Shown: positions 30,560 to 46,742 of the stretch, one piece after another
Layout of the letters: each line of letters opens with the position of its first letter
How positions within the stretch are numbered: position 1 is the first letter of the stretch
Assembly (NCBI RefSeq): GCF_009914755.1
Contig: NC_060933.1
Source: the human T2T-CHM13v2.0 reference genome, Homo sapiens
Reading direction: 5' to 3' (one strand)
Length of the DNA: 64,000 bases
The notes under the pieces: generated by a model
The model's database searches: none
Told to the model about the DNA's origin: nothing
What the model saw: only the letters and a program-made list of their open reading frames with translations
Program-made: the position numbers and the translations under genes

Positions 30560-31977
30560 TGTGGAAGCTTGGACAGTAAAAACAATACAAATTCTATAAC
30601 AAAAAAGTACAAAATATCTTCCATGACCTTGAGATAGGCAAAGATTTCTTAAACAGGACCAAAAAGACACCAAATATTTTTAAAGTTTATTAAATTGAAC
30701 TTCTATAAATTAATGACTTCTATTCATCAAATAATATAATTAAGTTAGTTAATCTTGATGTCATCCCATTTGTTTATTTTTGCTTTTGTTCCCTATGCTT
30801 TCAGGGTTATATCCAAAAAATTGCTGATCAAACCCATATCTTGGAGCATTTTCTCTGTTTTCATGTAATAGTTTTCCAGTTTCAAGTCTTATATTTAAGT
30901 CTTTCATCAATTTAGAGTTAATTTTTGTATATGGTATGATATAAGGATCTCATTTCATTCTTCTACATACAGATACTCAGTTTTTCCCACAGCATTTATT
31001 GAGAAGGCTGTGCTTTCCCCACTGTGTGTTCTAGGAACCTTTGTCAAAAATCAAATGGCTGGGTTTATTTCTGGGCTTTCTATCCTGTTCCATTGGTCAA
31101 TGTGTCTGTTTTTATAGGAGTACCTATGTGGTTTTAATTAATATCACTTTATAACATGTTCTGAAATCAGGGAGTATAATGCCTCCAGCTTCGTTCTTTT
31201 TGCTAAATATTGTTTTGGCTATTCAGCATCATTTGTGTCCTCAAGTCAATACTCTAAGTTCCTACTCAAGAAATAAGAAAGAAGAACAAAGTAAATTCAA
31301 AACAAGGAAAATGAGGGAAATAAAAATAAGAGCACAGCTAATATCAAAAAATCAATCACTTTCCTATACATCAGCAATAAACAAGTGGAATTTGAAATTA
31401 AAAACAGAATATCATTTACATTAGCACCCCTAGAAATTAAAAACATAGGTATACATCTACCGAATTTGTATAAGATCTATATGAGGAAAGCTATAAAGCT
31501 GAGGAAAGAAATCAAAGAACTAAATACATGGAGAGCTATTCCATATACATGGATAGAGAGACTCAATGTTGTCAAGATGTCTTTCTAACTTGATTTGTGG
31601 ATCCAGTGCAATGCCATTCATTACAACAGCAAATTATTTTATGCAATCTAAAATGTACATAGAGAGACAAAATATCCAGGTAGCAGAGCGTAGAATAATG
31701 TTTGCCAGGGGTTGGGGGTAGGGGAAATTGGGAGACGTTGAGTAAAGGGTCCAATTTCAGTTATGCAAGAGAAATAAGTCCTGGAGATCTAATGTATAGC
31801 ATGGTGACTATTGTTAATAATACTGTATTGTATACTTGGAATTTGCTAAGAGAATAGATCCTAAGAGTTCTCATACAATAAAAAAGGAAGGTAAATATGT
31901 GAGGTGATGGATATGCTAATTAGCTTGATTATGGTAGTCATTTCACTATGTACATGTTTATAAAAATACCACATTGA
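30560..31977. mobile_element. Mosaic of old L1M fragments in both orientations (+ ~30560-30745, - ~30745-31225, + ~31230-31977)
   Basis: L1 ORF2 and 3'UTR motifs (gataggcaaagatttctta; tgcctccagcttcgttcttt; L1MA 3' end ggtgatggatatgctaattagcttg). Confidence 0.8.
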
Positions 31978-32205
31978 TGCAAGCTTTTGGGCTGGGGATC
32001 AGAGTTCTGGTGCAATTCTAGACTCTTCTCAAGAAGAATCTGAATACACTCTTGTGGGGATGGTACAACCAGCCTAGTTCCTGTGACAGTGTTCTTTCCC
32101 CTGTAGCCAGATGTGGGTTGGCTAGTGAGAGGTTAGTCAAGGTTAGTCAGCTCCAGAAAGTCTGTCTGTCTCCACAAAGGGGAGTGACAAAGAGCGGGAG
32201 CCTGA

Positions 32206-32687
<482 letters not shown>

Positions 32688-32799
32688 TCAGCATTTATTC
32701 TTTTCACTCCACAGACATTTTTATCTAGGTATTGTTCAAAGGACTAAATGTGTGTCAGTCTTCATTAGTCATGGATTTTTATTTTAAAAAGTGTGGTCA

Positions 32800-34430
32800 A
32801 AAATACTTTATTAAGTGGGTGATATTTAAATAAACCCTTGCATGAAGTGAAGAAGCGAGCTCTGTAGATATTTGTGGAAAGAATGTTTCAGGTGGACAGA
32901 ACAATTAAAAGGACTAAGGCTGGAGAAGGCCTGGCCAGTTCAGGGAACATCAAAGATACAAGGGGTGAGGGTGAAAGGGAACGGGTAGAAAGGGAGATGG
33001 AAGAAAGTTTTTTGTCTTTACCTAACAGTCATGGGATGAGCAACTCAGCTTTGCATGATTATCCGAGTACAGGTTTCTTTCAACTTTTTGCTGTTCCATG
33101 CCCCAGGGTATGGTCCATATCTGCCTAATCACAGCTGGGTCATGTGCTTGTAACAGAAGGGGAAAGAGGGCACATTCTAGGGCAAGTAGCTTATTTTGTA
33201 ATTTGAAGATGTCCTATACGGTCGATTGTTTCCAAAGATGACTGCAACACTCCATTCTATCTTACATGACCTTTTGCAATATGACTTTTCCACTTTTCCA
33301 TCAAGACATAGAATCTGTCTTACCTCCCCTTAAATCTGGACTAATCTTATGAGTTGCTTTAACCAATATCATGTGGTAGAAATGACAATGTGCAACTCCA
33401 AAGACAAAACTTCAAGAATCCCCACACCTTCCATTTTTTATGTCTTGGAATGCAGCTGCCATGCTGATAGAAAGCTAAGCTAGACTGACGGAGGAGAACA
33501 GAGCCCCAGAGTCAGCCAATAGTCAGCACAACTACCAGCCATATGATTTAAACCATAATGGAAGTTCTAGCCCTGGCTGAGCTCCATAGGAGTGAAACTG
33601 CAAGTGTGAGCTCATAAGAGACCACCAAATGAGCCTGACTCTTAAATATTTGGTGTAAGCAAGTGTGAGAATGGAGTTTCCACCAGATGAGATTAGGAAG
33701 TTTACAGGTAAACAAAGTTTTGAATGCAAAGATCAGGAGTTCAGGTTTGAACATTGGTAAGTTTGAGCTATCTCTAAGACATCTAAAAAGAGTCAAATAA
33801 GCCTTTTGGAATTTTAGTTTGCAGTTTGGGAGAGAGGTGTTGGCTAGAGAGCCACATTTGGAAGTCAGTGGCATATGGATGGAACTAATGCCAAAAGACT
33901 GACTGAAACAAGAAAAAAAATTAACAAGGAGGAGTCGTAATCAATTATATCAGATGCTGCAGATAGTGTGAGTAATGTGAGAATTGAGAGTTGACCACTG
34001 ATTTTAGCAATGTGAGATTTGTTGGACACTTTGACAAGAGCAGTGTAGGGGAAGTGCTGAAAAATCTGATTGGACTGTGTTTACAAGAATAACAGAGAAA
34101 AATATTTTAAAAGAGTGTGGATAACTCCTTCAAGGAATTGTGTTGCAAAAGAGAATAGAAATGGGACAGGAGCTGGCAGAGAAAGTAAAGCCAAGAAAAG
34201 TTTCTTTTTGTTTGTGTTCTATTGTTGTCATGCCCTTAAGGATAGGGAATATAGCATGACTGGATGTTAATAGAATTTTCCAAGGAAAAATCCAAAGGCC
34301 AGAGGTGAGCTAATCTTGCGACTTCTATTTTTGAATAGGTGAAGTATGAGCTTCGTATATGAGTAAGGGTAGTTAGTCTAAGTTAAAAGGTGAGAAGGCA
34401 GACTCTGTGGGTGTAGGTACTGGTGGGTAA
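32800..34430. mobile_element. L2 fragments with an old MLT1-type LTR piece (~33220-33640)
   Basis: L2 motifs (caggagttcaggtttgaacattggtaagtttgag, gttgaccactgattttagcaatg); MLT1 motif gcagctgccatgctg...aagctaagctag. Confidence 0.6.
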
Positions 34431-34634
34431 GTGTCTTTGTTCATTTTGTGCTGCTGTGACAGATGACCACAGATTGCGTGATTAATTTTTTCACAGGTAT
34501 AAAAGCTGTGAAGCCCGAAATCAAGATGCCAGAATTTGATATCTGGTGAGGCCCTTCTTGCTGCCTGTGCACATGACAGAAGGCAGAAGGGCAAGAGAGC
34601 CAAATGCTGCATTTAGCCTCTTTTTTAAGGGCTT

Positions 34635-34984
34635 TGCTGCAGTTTGAATGTGTCCTCCCAAAAATCATGTGTTAGAAACTTAATTATCATTAAAATAGTA
34701 TTAAGAGGTGATTACACTATGAGGGCTCTGCCTTCATAAATGGATTAATGCTGCTATTGTGGGAATGGGCTCCCTATAAAAGGACCTATTTGGCCTGCTT
34801 TTTTCTCTCTCACCCCTTTTTTATGCCCTTCACGATGAAAGGACACACATGAAGGCCCTAGGCAGGAGTCAGCCCCTTGATCTTGGACTTTCCAGCTCCA
34901 GAATAGTGAGCCAATAAATTTCTGTTTATTATAAATTACCCAGTCTGTGGTATTCTGTGTAACAGCATAAAATGGACTAAGACA
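34635..34984 (+). mobile_element. Solo MST/MLT1A-type LTR nested in the opposite orientation within the MaLR LTR
   Basis: tgctgcagtttgaatgtgtcctccca...ccaataaatttctgtttattataaattacccagtc...ggactaagaca. Confidence 0.85.
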
Positions 34985-36935
34985 GTCCTTAATCCTATTC
35001 ATGGAGGAGGAATCCTCATGGCCTAATTCCTCTTAAAGGCCTCACCTCTCAATATGATCACATTCTTCATTAAGTTTCAACATATTAATTTTGGCAGAAA
35101 TACATTCAAATCATAGCATTCTTCTCTGGCCACTCAAAATTCATATCCTTCTCATGTGCAAAATACATTATTAATTCCATCCCAATAGCCCCAAAAGTTT
35201 TCATTCATTCCAACAACAACTCAAAAGTCTAAAGTCCAGAGGTTTATGTAAATCAGGTATGAGTGAGACTCAAGGAACAATTCATCCTGAAGCAAATTTC
35301 CCTCCAGCAATGAGGCTGCAAAGTCGAATAAGTTATTAGCTTCCAAAAACACAATGGTGGTATAGGTGTGGGATAGACATTCCCATCCTGAAAGGCAGAA
35401 ATTGGCTAAAAGAAAGGGGTAACAAGTTCTGAGTAAATCCAAAACCCAAAAGGGCAAACAACATTAGATCTTAAGGCTTGAGAATAATTTTATTTGACTC
35501 ATGTTTTACCTTCAAGGCAGACTGGGGCAGGGGTTGGATCCCCAAGGCTCCAAAGGCCACAACCCCATAGCTTTGCTGGGCACAGCCCACACCACAGCCC
35601 TCATGGGTTGGAGTCTCCTGCCTGCAGCTCTTTCACGCTGGCATTGCATGCTGGTGACTCTAAAATGTGGAGGTCTCCAGCATGGCCCTACCCCCATAGT
35701 TCCACTAGATTTTGTGTTAGTGAGTACTCTCTGAGGTGGCCCCACTCACACAGCTCCACTGTGCATACCTCTGGTGGAGACACTCTGAGGCATTCTCTGA
35801 AACCTAGGGGAGGAAGCTAAGCCTTCAAAGCTCCTGAACTCTGTGCACTTGCAGAGTTCGCACTACATGGATGCTGCCAAGTGCTATGGCCTATACCTCC
35901 TGAAGCAGTGACTTGAGCCACACCTGGGCCTGCTTGAGCCATAGCTGGGACAGCCAAGGAGCACTGTGCCAGAATGCAGGAAGCAGAGATTTGAGGCGGC
36001 CCTGGATGGTAAGCCTCAAGTTCCCATGGGCACCCTGGGCCCCTCCCTCAAACCTGTTCTGCCCCCAAGGCCCTAGCACTCTGCCTGTGAAGAATGTGGC
36101 GGCCTCAAAGATCTCTGAAATGTCTTCGCGGTCATTTTCCCATTATCTTGATAAATTGTTCCTGGCTTCCTGCTATTCACACTAATCTGCTTATCAGACT
36201 GTCAATTGGGCACACCCTTGGTTTTCTCTACTAAACATGCTTTTTTATTATTTACATGGCCAGGCTGAGAATTTTTCAAATCTTTACATTCTTTACATGT
36301 GAGAGCTTCCCTTTTGATTATAAATTCCATCTTTAAGTCATTTCTCTCTTTTTGCATTTTGCTATGAGCAGTTAAGAGAAGCCGTGCAATTCCTTCAACA
36401 TTTTGCTGCTTAGAGATTTCTTTCATCAAGTATCCTAGTTCATCACTCTTAAGTTCTACCTCCCACAAAATACTGAGGCAGGAACATAATTTAGCCAACT
36501 TCTTGGCTACTTTGTAACCATGATGGCCTTTCTTCCAGTTTCCAGTAAGGTGTTTCTGATTTCTCTTTAAGATACCATAATAAAGGCCCTCACTGTCCAT
36601 ATTTCTACCAGTATTCTGGTCACAACCACTGAGATAATATAAGAACTTGTCTAAGATGAACTAAGAAGGTTCAGGCTTTCCCTACAGCTCTCCTTTTGTT
36701 CTGAGCCCTCACCAGAATCACCCTTAATGTGCCATGTTGGGCCATACAGGCTTTTTCAGCATTCCCTTTAAAACGGTTCCAGCCTCTACCCATTACTCAG
36801 TTCCAAAGCTGCTTCTACATTTTCAGGTATTTGTTGTAGCAACACTCCATTCTCCTGGTATCAATTTTGGTCTCAGTCTATTCGTGCTATTATAACAGAA
36901 TACCACAGCCTGAGTAATGTGTAAAAAAAGAAATT

Positions 36936-37240
<305 letters not shown>

Positions 37241-40200
37241 AAGAAGTTTATTTTCTCACAGTTCTAGAGGCTGACAAATTCAGGATCAAGGAGACAGTGA
37301 GGTCCTTTTGGCATCTGGTGCGGTCCTTTTCGCTGCATTCTCACCTGGCAGAAGGTAGCACGGCAAGAGGGCCAGACGCTGTGTGAAGCCTCTGTTAGAA
37401 AGACCTTTATCCCCTTGATGTGGGAGGAGCCCGCATGGCCTTAAAGGCCCATCTTTTAATACTGTCACATTGGCCATTAAGTTTCAATACCTGAATTATG
37501 GAGGAGACACATTCAGATCACAGCCATAAGCCAATGTGATGTTGGAAGCTCATGGACATTCTTTTTTGATTGCTTCAGTTTTCTGGTGAAGTAGGGAGCT
37601 AAGAATGAGACTGGGAGAAGAGACACTGGCATTTCAAGGAAAGAGAAAAGAGAGAAAAAGTGTTATCTAAGAGAATGAGAGGGTAAACAGGTGTGAAATG
37701 TTGTGTGATGCTTTGCAGCTTTAAGGGTACCTGTTATGTTCAGCCTTCACTTTAGAGATGAAGACCCTAAGTCCTGGAGAAGTGATATGCCCGTCCTTGG
37801 ATCATGCGGCCAATTGAAGTGGAGTCCTTACTAGAACCCAGGACTCCAAATGGCCACCTCAACAATATTTCATGTATGTGCTCCATGTGGTCTTCTGTGT
37901 TATAGTTTAGCTACTGAACATAATAGATCTCCAAGTCAAAAAGGCTATTTTTAATACATTTTTTACATGACTGTTCATGTAAAAAGAAACAGACTTTCAC
38001 TTTGAGACACTTATTTTTTCCTTCAAGCCTGTCTTGCAGATTCCATCAGTACAAATGTCTTATTTATTAAAAGTACAAAGACAGACTTTGAAGCAGAAAT
38101 TTAAAATGCCCACCTGGGAAAAACCAGATGAAATCTTCACGATCCAGTTCTGTGACAGGTGAGCCAGCAGCAGGCTCCCCATGTCTCCTAAGATACGGGC
38201 TTCCACCAGAGAAAAGAGAATATCTAAAGTGCTTTAATGCAACCTGTCCAAAAGTAAACTTTTTCTTTCTCTGGTGAAGAAGACAAAAGGAAAACTTTAA
38301 ATCTACTCGAAGTTTGTAAAAGAAGCATGACAACTCTTGCCTAGTAGGGCTGTGGCTAGGGCTGGTTCCTAGAGTGGCCATGATGATGGGAGGAGCATGC
38401 TAGGATTGGTTCCTCAGCTAGGCCTCCAGACAAGTATGGGGGCACCAACTTTGTGTAACTACCTTCCCACTCATTTTGAGAGCCACAGAGTTTGCACCCT
38501 GCACTTGCTGTCTGGTGGCTTTCAACTCCCATTGTCAGCCCTTCCTTGGAGAGATGTATTATATTAATACTTTCCATTGAAGGGCACAGTTTGGTGTCTT
38601 ATTACCTTCTTACAAAGATCTAGAGCTGCCTTTCTCTACCAGGGCTCCTCATCTGAACCTCAGAGCATGGGAAGTGATGTGAGTAACTGTTTCAGCTCAC
38701 CAGAGAACAACTACTTGCACGTATAGTAGTTGCTGTCCGTTGTCCAGTCCCAGAAGAGGTTCAGCCACTCACACATCTTTCCAAAATTGGCGAACTCTGT
38801 TTTGGTACAGCAAGGATGATGTTTGCAAAATGCTGAGACAAGCAATCACTACAGAATTTTTCAAATCTAATGTATTAGAAGATACAGAGATGTTAAAATG
38901 TTGGATATGTTAAAAGTTATCATTGTAATTGGAAAATGTGTTGCTTCTTTAAACTGTGATGGATCATTATACTGATAAAATTTAGTATTCACTCTATGGG
39001 AAAAAGCCCAAGCTCTGCTCCAAACATTTTATTTCTACATTAATTCTGCTAATTTCATCTTTCCTCCTTCCCTCGCCCTTTGGAAGGGTAAAATATTTAA
39101 GTTGAAGAGAAAAATCTAATTTTAAAAACAATTTTTGTTTAAAACTTGTTTTTGATTTTCATATTATATTTATATCCTGTCTATAAACAGAATCAATAAT
39201 GAAAGCCATAGATTATGATGGAAGAGCTTCTTAGGTCCATGCTAAAAATGAAACAAAAGCTTATACCTTTACTAGATTTCAACATAAAAAATATATGCAT
39301 ATGATTAAAGAAACCCATAAATAAGGGGAAATCTCACAGAAGTGAAATAAGATTTGAATATGGAAAGAAAAGGACCCAAAAGTCATTGCACATTCACAGA
39401 AATCTAGTTTTCATTATAAAGATCATCTTATGACATGCTTTTGCAACATCAGTAGGTAGAATTTCTTTTAGCACAGAGCCTGACCACACTTTCTTTCAAA
39501 AATATGGAGTTAATATGTCACTTTTGAAATCATTATTATGATTTTTATTTCCTCAATGTTATACTGAACACACTGAATTTAGGACTGAGGCAAATGAGAG
39601 TTAGTCTCCTAGTCACAACTATATCTTTTACAGACTAAGAATTTTGCAAAAATCAAAGCATAGATATAAGTTCACTTCTATCCATCTAAAGAAGCACAAA
39701 AAAAGAGCTGTTTTAAAAGGTCATGTCATAGGTGGGTACAGTCCCATTGTTTAGCTGCCTCTCTCTTGACTCTCTGACCTGGGACATTGTGGGGATTTGC
39801 CTCATTGCAATAGTTGCAATTCCTGGTCCCAGTTCTCTTGACTCTATCCTTGAAGTCAGAAGTATTAGACAGAAAAAAAATGGAGACTTGAATTTTTTTA
39901 GAGAAAACATGTGTGGGTAGATATTTAACTGATTAATGTCCTCTTAATTACTTGAACATTACTAGCCAATACATGTGAGCTTTTGCAGACAAAGGGTTGC
40001 AGCCATATCGTCCAATTCTTGTTGGTTACATGTCAACAACCTGTGATCCACTGCACCTGTAAAATACTGTTAGCCCTAATTTCACTCTCATTATTTAATA
40101 CAAATGATCACTGTTCTTTTTTATTATTTTCTCTTCCTTTAATTTTCTTACTCCCAGTTTTTCTCCACCACTCCATCTTCTTCTTGCATAAACCTCTGCT

Positions 40201-40341
40201 GGTATCTAACATTCTTTATTCTCAAGGGTAGCATCTTAAAGGGCGTTTCAGATCTTTGGGTCTTACATTAATTTAGTTGTGGGTCCACAGCTGGGAAGCT
40301 CAGTATCAAGACTGCCCAATCACTGATAAGAAGAGATAGAT

Positions 40342-40793
<452 letters not shown>

Positions 40794-42544
40794 TTATTCC
40801 CTCCTCGAAGATTTTGTTACTATCTTGCCCCTCCGCAGATACGATCCTTTAAAGGTTTCTTATCTTCTTTTGGAGAAAATTCTATACTCCCCTCGTTTTC
40901 AAGGACATCTCCAAATTGGTTCCAAAGGGTCTTTCTATTCACAGCTTCCATTAGTCCCTTGCAGGCTCCTAGGCAAACAAGATCATTTATTTATTTATTC
41001 ATTTTCTTAAAAGTACACCCATTTCCAGCCTCATTCTTGGATCAGGCCCAGCATGGCCTTCCCTCTCATATGTGCACACACTAACCAACTAAAGATGGAT
41101 TCTAGATCTCCATCACGAAGACTCCTTTAAGCCTCCCAGGGAGGAAGAAACTTCAAGCTTACCATGAGGAAAATATTTTCTTTTTTATACCTCTTTCACA
41201 GAGAAATCTTTACCTTTCTATACTGTTTTTATGTAGCTTTTAAGTTATGTCACGAATATTGTAGTGTCCCCATTAACCTCTAAACTTCTTGAAGGAAGGA
41301 ATTGTGTCTAACCCTTTTTCTGCCTTAATGGTAGTAAAATTTTACTGATTGAAGAATGAATGTGGAAGGATGTTTTCGGGAAATAGCCTTTTGTTTAATA
41401 CTCAGTAGGTTGGTTTCTATCTTATCTCTTCATAAAACTCCACAAAGTGACAGAATTCCTTCCTTTAATTGAGATCATTCTCAGCTCTAGTCTACCTCCA
41501 GATGGTCTGTTTTAAATTAACGGCTCAAAATTTTACTACTCTTGAGAACTTGGGCAAACTAATCAACCATTCTTAGTCTCAGTGTGCTCTTTATAAAATG
41601 AAGAAAACGTTAATCCTTCCACTGCTTTGTGAGGCTTGAATGAGATGCGAGTCCCTCAGTTCATCTCAGGGCCCTGTGCTCAGTAATCATCCACTCTTAG
41701 GACTGAGCTGAAAGAACAAGCACATTCAAGGAAACAATGGGGTTTAGTTTTTTCCCAAAAAAGTATTTTTATTGCTTGGCAACCAATAAAGAGTTCTTAG
41801 TTCTTCTACCTCTTCTTTCTCTTTTTATTTAAATAAGCAGGCAATCAAACCTATAGATTTTTCTGTTAAAAATATATTCATTATGTAGACAAAATTTAAG
41901 AATGTTAGAAAAACTTTAGTGTAGAGACAACAAATGTCATATAATTAAATATGCCTATGATTATTTTGATTTACATGATACCAAGGGTCTGTGTAGGAAG
42001 ATAAGTTTAGCCCAAAACAATCTTAGCTGAAGCAAATGCAAAACAGGAAATTTAGACACAAGGAAATAAACACTAGTCCTAAAGTATGCTCTTTAAAATA
42101 GCTTTAACGCAGCATAGAGTTTTGCATCTATATTTGTGAACAAAATTATCCATGCAGCTGTCCAATATCTTGCCAGAATTGTAAACTTCAAATTAGGATG
42201 CAAACTCAATGTCACTCAAGAAAGTGGTCATGAGGCTGGACTTAGTCATTGGTAATTATTCTGGATTCATCAGCAAGGGCAGAGCTGATTTTACCATTTC
42301 ATAACACACCACTTCTGAACAGTTTCCTCCCAGGTGCTTAAGAATGAAGAAGTGGCTGTCAGGACTGCACTGGCAATATTTTTCAAAATGTGGATCCCTG
42401 GTCATATTAAAATAAAAGTTTTCCCCCCATCAGGTTAGCAGAAATGTAAAATGGAGATTGGAATTTAGATGTAGAGTTTTGTGTCAGAACCACGTTTGAT
42501 AGTCAGTTACACACATCTGGCCCACAGTTAAGAATGTAAACTAA

Positions 42545-42740
42545 CAGCATTAAGAGCCAGACATCCTGGGTTCAAATACCAGCTCTGCTATATAAGGCTT
42601 GGCCTTTCTGTGCCTCAGTTGTCTCACTTGCAAAATCAGGATGATATCATCCTCCAAGGATTACTGTGAGGATTAAATTGTTAATATGCTTAAAGTGCTT
42701 GGAACAGAACACACACTCTGTGAAGTCATTACTATTATCA
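42545..42740 (+). mobile_element. MIR
   Basis: agagccagacatcctgggttcaaataccagctctgc...ctgtgcctcagtt...gtgaggattaaa...taaagtgctt. Confidence 0.8.
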
Positions 42741-43218
42741 TTACATTAACACTTCTCTTTTTGAAAAAGGACACTTTTTCTATTAGTTAAGACAAAGCAA
42801 GCCATATATTTGCAAATTCCTAAAACAATGATTGAAATTAAAATTCTATAGGAGAATGACTTAAATTTTCTTTGTAATCAGAATAGATATGCCTCCAGTT
42901 CCATTCTTGAAGCAGGATACATGCCAAGGTCAGAAGGAAGGTGACTTCTGCTTTCACAAGCCTGTGAGAGAATGGGATCCGGGATGAGTCCTCTGACTCA
43001 GGGGCTCACCTTTCCCACCATGTCATGCAACGCATCAAGGAGGCTCATGTTCTTTCAATTTAAGGAATGCACATTTCATTGCTTGAAAGAGGAAAATTTA
43101 AATGTTTCTTCAAAGGTTATACAGAATATTATGACAGACTTAGGACAACAAACAATGCTTCTGTTAACTGTTAGAGTTCTCTTTGGCAGTGTTATTATGA
43201 GTTAACTGCTCAGTAAGA

Positions 43219-43757
43219 AGATGGTTAATATTGAGTGTCAACTTGATTAGATTGAAGGATGCAAAGTATTGTTCCTGGGTGTGTCTGTGAGGGTGTTGCC
43301 AAAGGAAATTAACATTTGAGTCAGTGGTCTGGGAGAGGCAGATCCACCCTCAATCTGGTGGGCACCATCTAATCAGCTGCCAGCGAGGAGGCAGGAGAAG
43401 ATGGAAGAGCAGACTACTGAGTCTTCCAGCTTTCATCTTTCTCCTGTGCTGGATGCTTCCTGCCCTCGAACATCAGACTCCAAGTTCTTCAGCTTTTGGA
43501 CTCTTGGACTTACACCAGTGGTTTTCCAGGGGCTCTTGAGCCTTTGGCCACAGACTGAAGGCTGCGCTGTCAGCTTCCCTACTTTTGAGGTTTGGGGACT
43601 CAGACGGAACCACCACTGGCTTGCTTGCTCCTCAACTTGCAGACAGCCTATCCTGGAATTTTACCTTGTGATCGTCTGAGTCAATACTCCTTAATAAATT
43701 CCCTTTCGTATATACATATATCCTATTACTTCTGTTCCTCTAGAGAACCCTAATACA
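43219..43757 (+). mobile_element. MLT2A (HERV-L) solo LTR
   Basis: gatggttaatattgagtgtcaacttgatt...ctctagagaaccctaataca. Confidence 0.9.
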
Positions 43758-43982
43758 AGGGATTAACATCAGAATTTTGAATTCACCTAAAAGCAAGTGA
43801 GGTTACATGAAGTAAGCACAAGAATGTCCTCCAAAATGTACCTTAAATTAAATGGAAAGTAAAGAAGACATGAGAGTTTATTTTTATATTACTGAATGTT
43901 GTTTCTTATAAAAGGCATACTTTAATTCAGTAAGTAATTTGAGAGGGTCTGAAGACTAAACTACATGTTAAAAAACATTGCC

Positions 43983-44325
43983 GGCTGGATGTGGTGGCTC
44001 ATGCGTGTAATCCCAGCACTTTGGGAGGCTGAGGCAGGCGGATCACAAGGTCAGGAGTTCCAGATCACCCTGGCTAACACGGTGAAACCTCATCTCTACT
44101 AAAAATACAAAAAAATTGGCCTGGTGTAGTGGCACATGCCTGTAGTCCCAGCTAATCAGGAGGCTGAGGCAGGAGAATCGCTTGAACCCAGAAGGTGGAG
44201 GCAGCAGAATCGCTTGAACCCAGAAGGCGGAAGTAGTAGTGAGCCGAGATCATGCCACTGCACTCCAGTCTGGGTGACAGAGCGAGACTCCATCTCAAAA
44301 CAAAACAAACAAAAAAACAAAACAA
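43983..44325 (+). mobile_element. AluS with internal 32-bp tandem duplication
   Basis: TSD aaaacattgcc; duplication 44167-44198 / 44199-44230. Confidence 0.95.
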
Positions 44326-45359
44326 AACATTGCCAATGTTTCCATATTGTGGGAAAGCTATTTATTGGGAAACAGTTTACTATTTTATTAGACCATGCAG
44401 ATTATGGTGATGTGATATTATACCTAGAGAAATACAATATAGAATAATATTACAGTTTTTTTAAAAGAGCCTTCTACATGTTGCAAAAATCTGATTTTTA
44501 ATTTAATAGTACTTTAAGTAATCAAGAACATTTTATAAAGAAACAGCAATGATTAGTATTATAAAGATTATCTGTTTGTTTTATTAATCATGGAGAAAAG
44601 TTGTCACAATACTTGCCCTTTATGATATTTCAATAAGAATCACCTGCCAAATAATATGGTGATATCCATACCCACAACAATTCCATTGACTTATGAGTTA
44701 AAAATTTACTTTTTACTGCAGATGGTTGGTTCCCATGCCCTGAGAAACACAAGATGCTCCATGGAAATGCTGATGATTTTACCTTCATAAAACCAGTTTT
44801 ATTCACATGTCACATGCCTCAGAAGTCAAGCACAACCTACTCAAAACTTTAGCTCTGCAGTATAGAGGTCTCCTTCTTCTCCAAGCTAAGATCTTTTGGG
44901 GAAGAAGAGCTTATAAATTGATCAGAATTTGCTCCCACAAGTTCCAGTGAGCAGAGTAGTAACTGAGAACCCAGGCTTTGTGGCCTTATAAATCTGAATC
45001 TACTAGCTGTGTATTCTTGGGAAAGTTACTTAACATCTTGGAGCCTCAATATTCTCATTAAAAAATGAGAATTTAAAAGTAGCATTGTCATAGGTACTGA
45101 TGGCTATGTGGTGTCATGTGATTCTTGGCGCAGGTCCTTCATGACATTGTAACTATTGTTTTAATTGCACCATGCACTACAAATAAAATGTTGTATGAAT
45201 TAAATGGAGCTACCTTAACTAAAATAGGTGGTAATTAATGAAAAATGCTAATCATAACCAGAAAAAAAATTTATTTTTTTCTTTTTAAATCAGGATCCCT
45301 GATAAAAATCTACCCAGAATACAAATCTACCCAAAATGAGATTATCATCCACAATCTCA

Positions 45360-45680
<321 letters not shown>

Positions 45681-46742
45681 ATATTTAAAACCTAGATTTT
45701 TTAAAAAGCATTTGGTAGCCTGACCAATAACTGGAGAGAGAAAAAGTGATGCTCCAAGAATAAACTATTATATTTTAATTCTCAAGTCATTTAAATTGAT
45801 AATTTTATGGGTCCTTGCACATAAACAGCTGAAATGTTAAATCAATTCATTAAAGTGTTCATAAATTCACTAAATGTTCTTAATCATCATTAAGCCTTAA
45901 ACAACCTGTGACATCAAAATGATTACAGAGAAACAGTGATAAATTACTTTGAGTTATCAACTATATATTTAAATACTGGGATACTGGTCTAAGTTATTTG
46001 GTATTTTAGGGGATATTAAGTATTCCATCTCTAATATAATTTATATTATGTCATGCTTCCCATAAGTTTTTAAACAGAAACTTTAAGAAAGTGATTATGC
46101 ACTTAAAAAATCATATCAAGCAATATAAAATCTGAACACCAGATTGGTACAAAACATGAATATCACATAAAAGTAACCTAGCATTGAAAATGAGAAGCTG
46201 TTACCCTGTGAAATTATAATGTAAAAACACACTAGATAAAATGCAGTATCTTGAGTATAATCTGTTACAAATTCTGAAATTGTGTACAAAATGTATATTA
46301 TATGGATTTTAAGACCTCTCCCAAATGTAGACTTTTGACATACCTGGCCTGTAAAAGATATATAGGCTGACAGACCTAGGGGAAAAAATGCTATGTTCTG
46401 AGCCCAATGTGCCTCTTTGGTCCATAAGTATCATTTACAAGAATAATCATGATTCTCTGATTCCAAACTGTTGCCCCCATTATGAGCCGATTGCTCATAC
46501 CTGTGGCACCAGTCACTCCATCAAACCTTTATTCTGGGCTGCACACTCCTGGAAGGAACCATAAAGGAGGTCTGAGGGCAAATATCCTTTGTGTTAGGAT
46601 CTGGCTCATGTCCACATCCCCCTTGCTGGTGCCATATTCAATCCATGAGGACCTACTGGATTCTAGACCTTAGTAGTAGACATAAAATTCCAGAACAGTT
46701 TATGGAATTTTACTATGTGGTCCTTCTGTTTCTTAGCATTTT

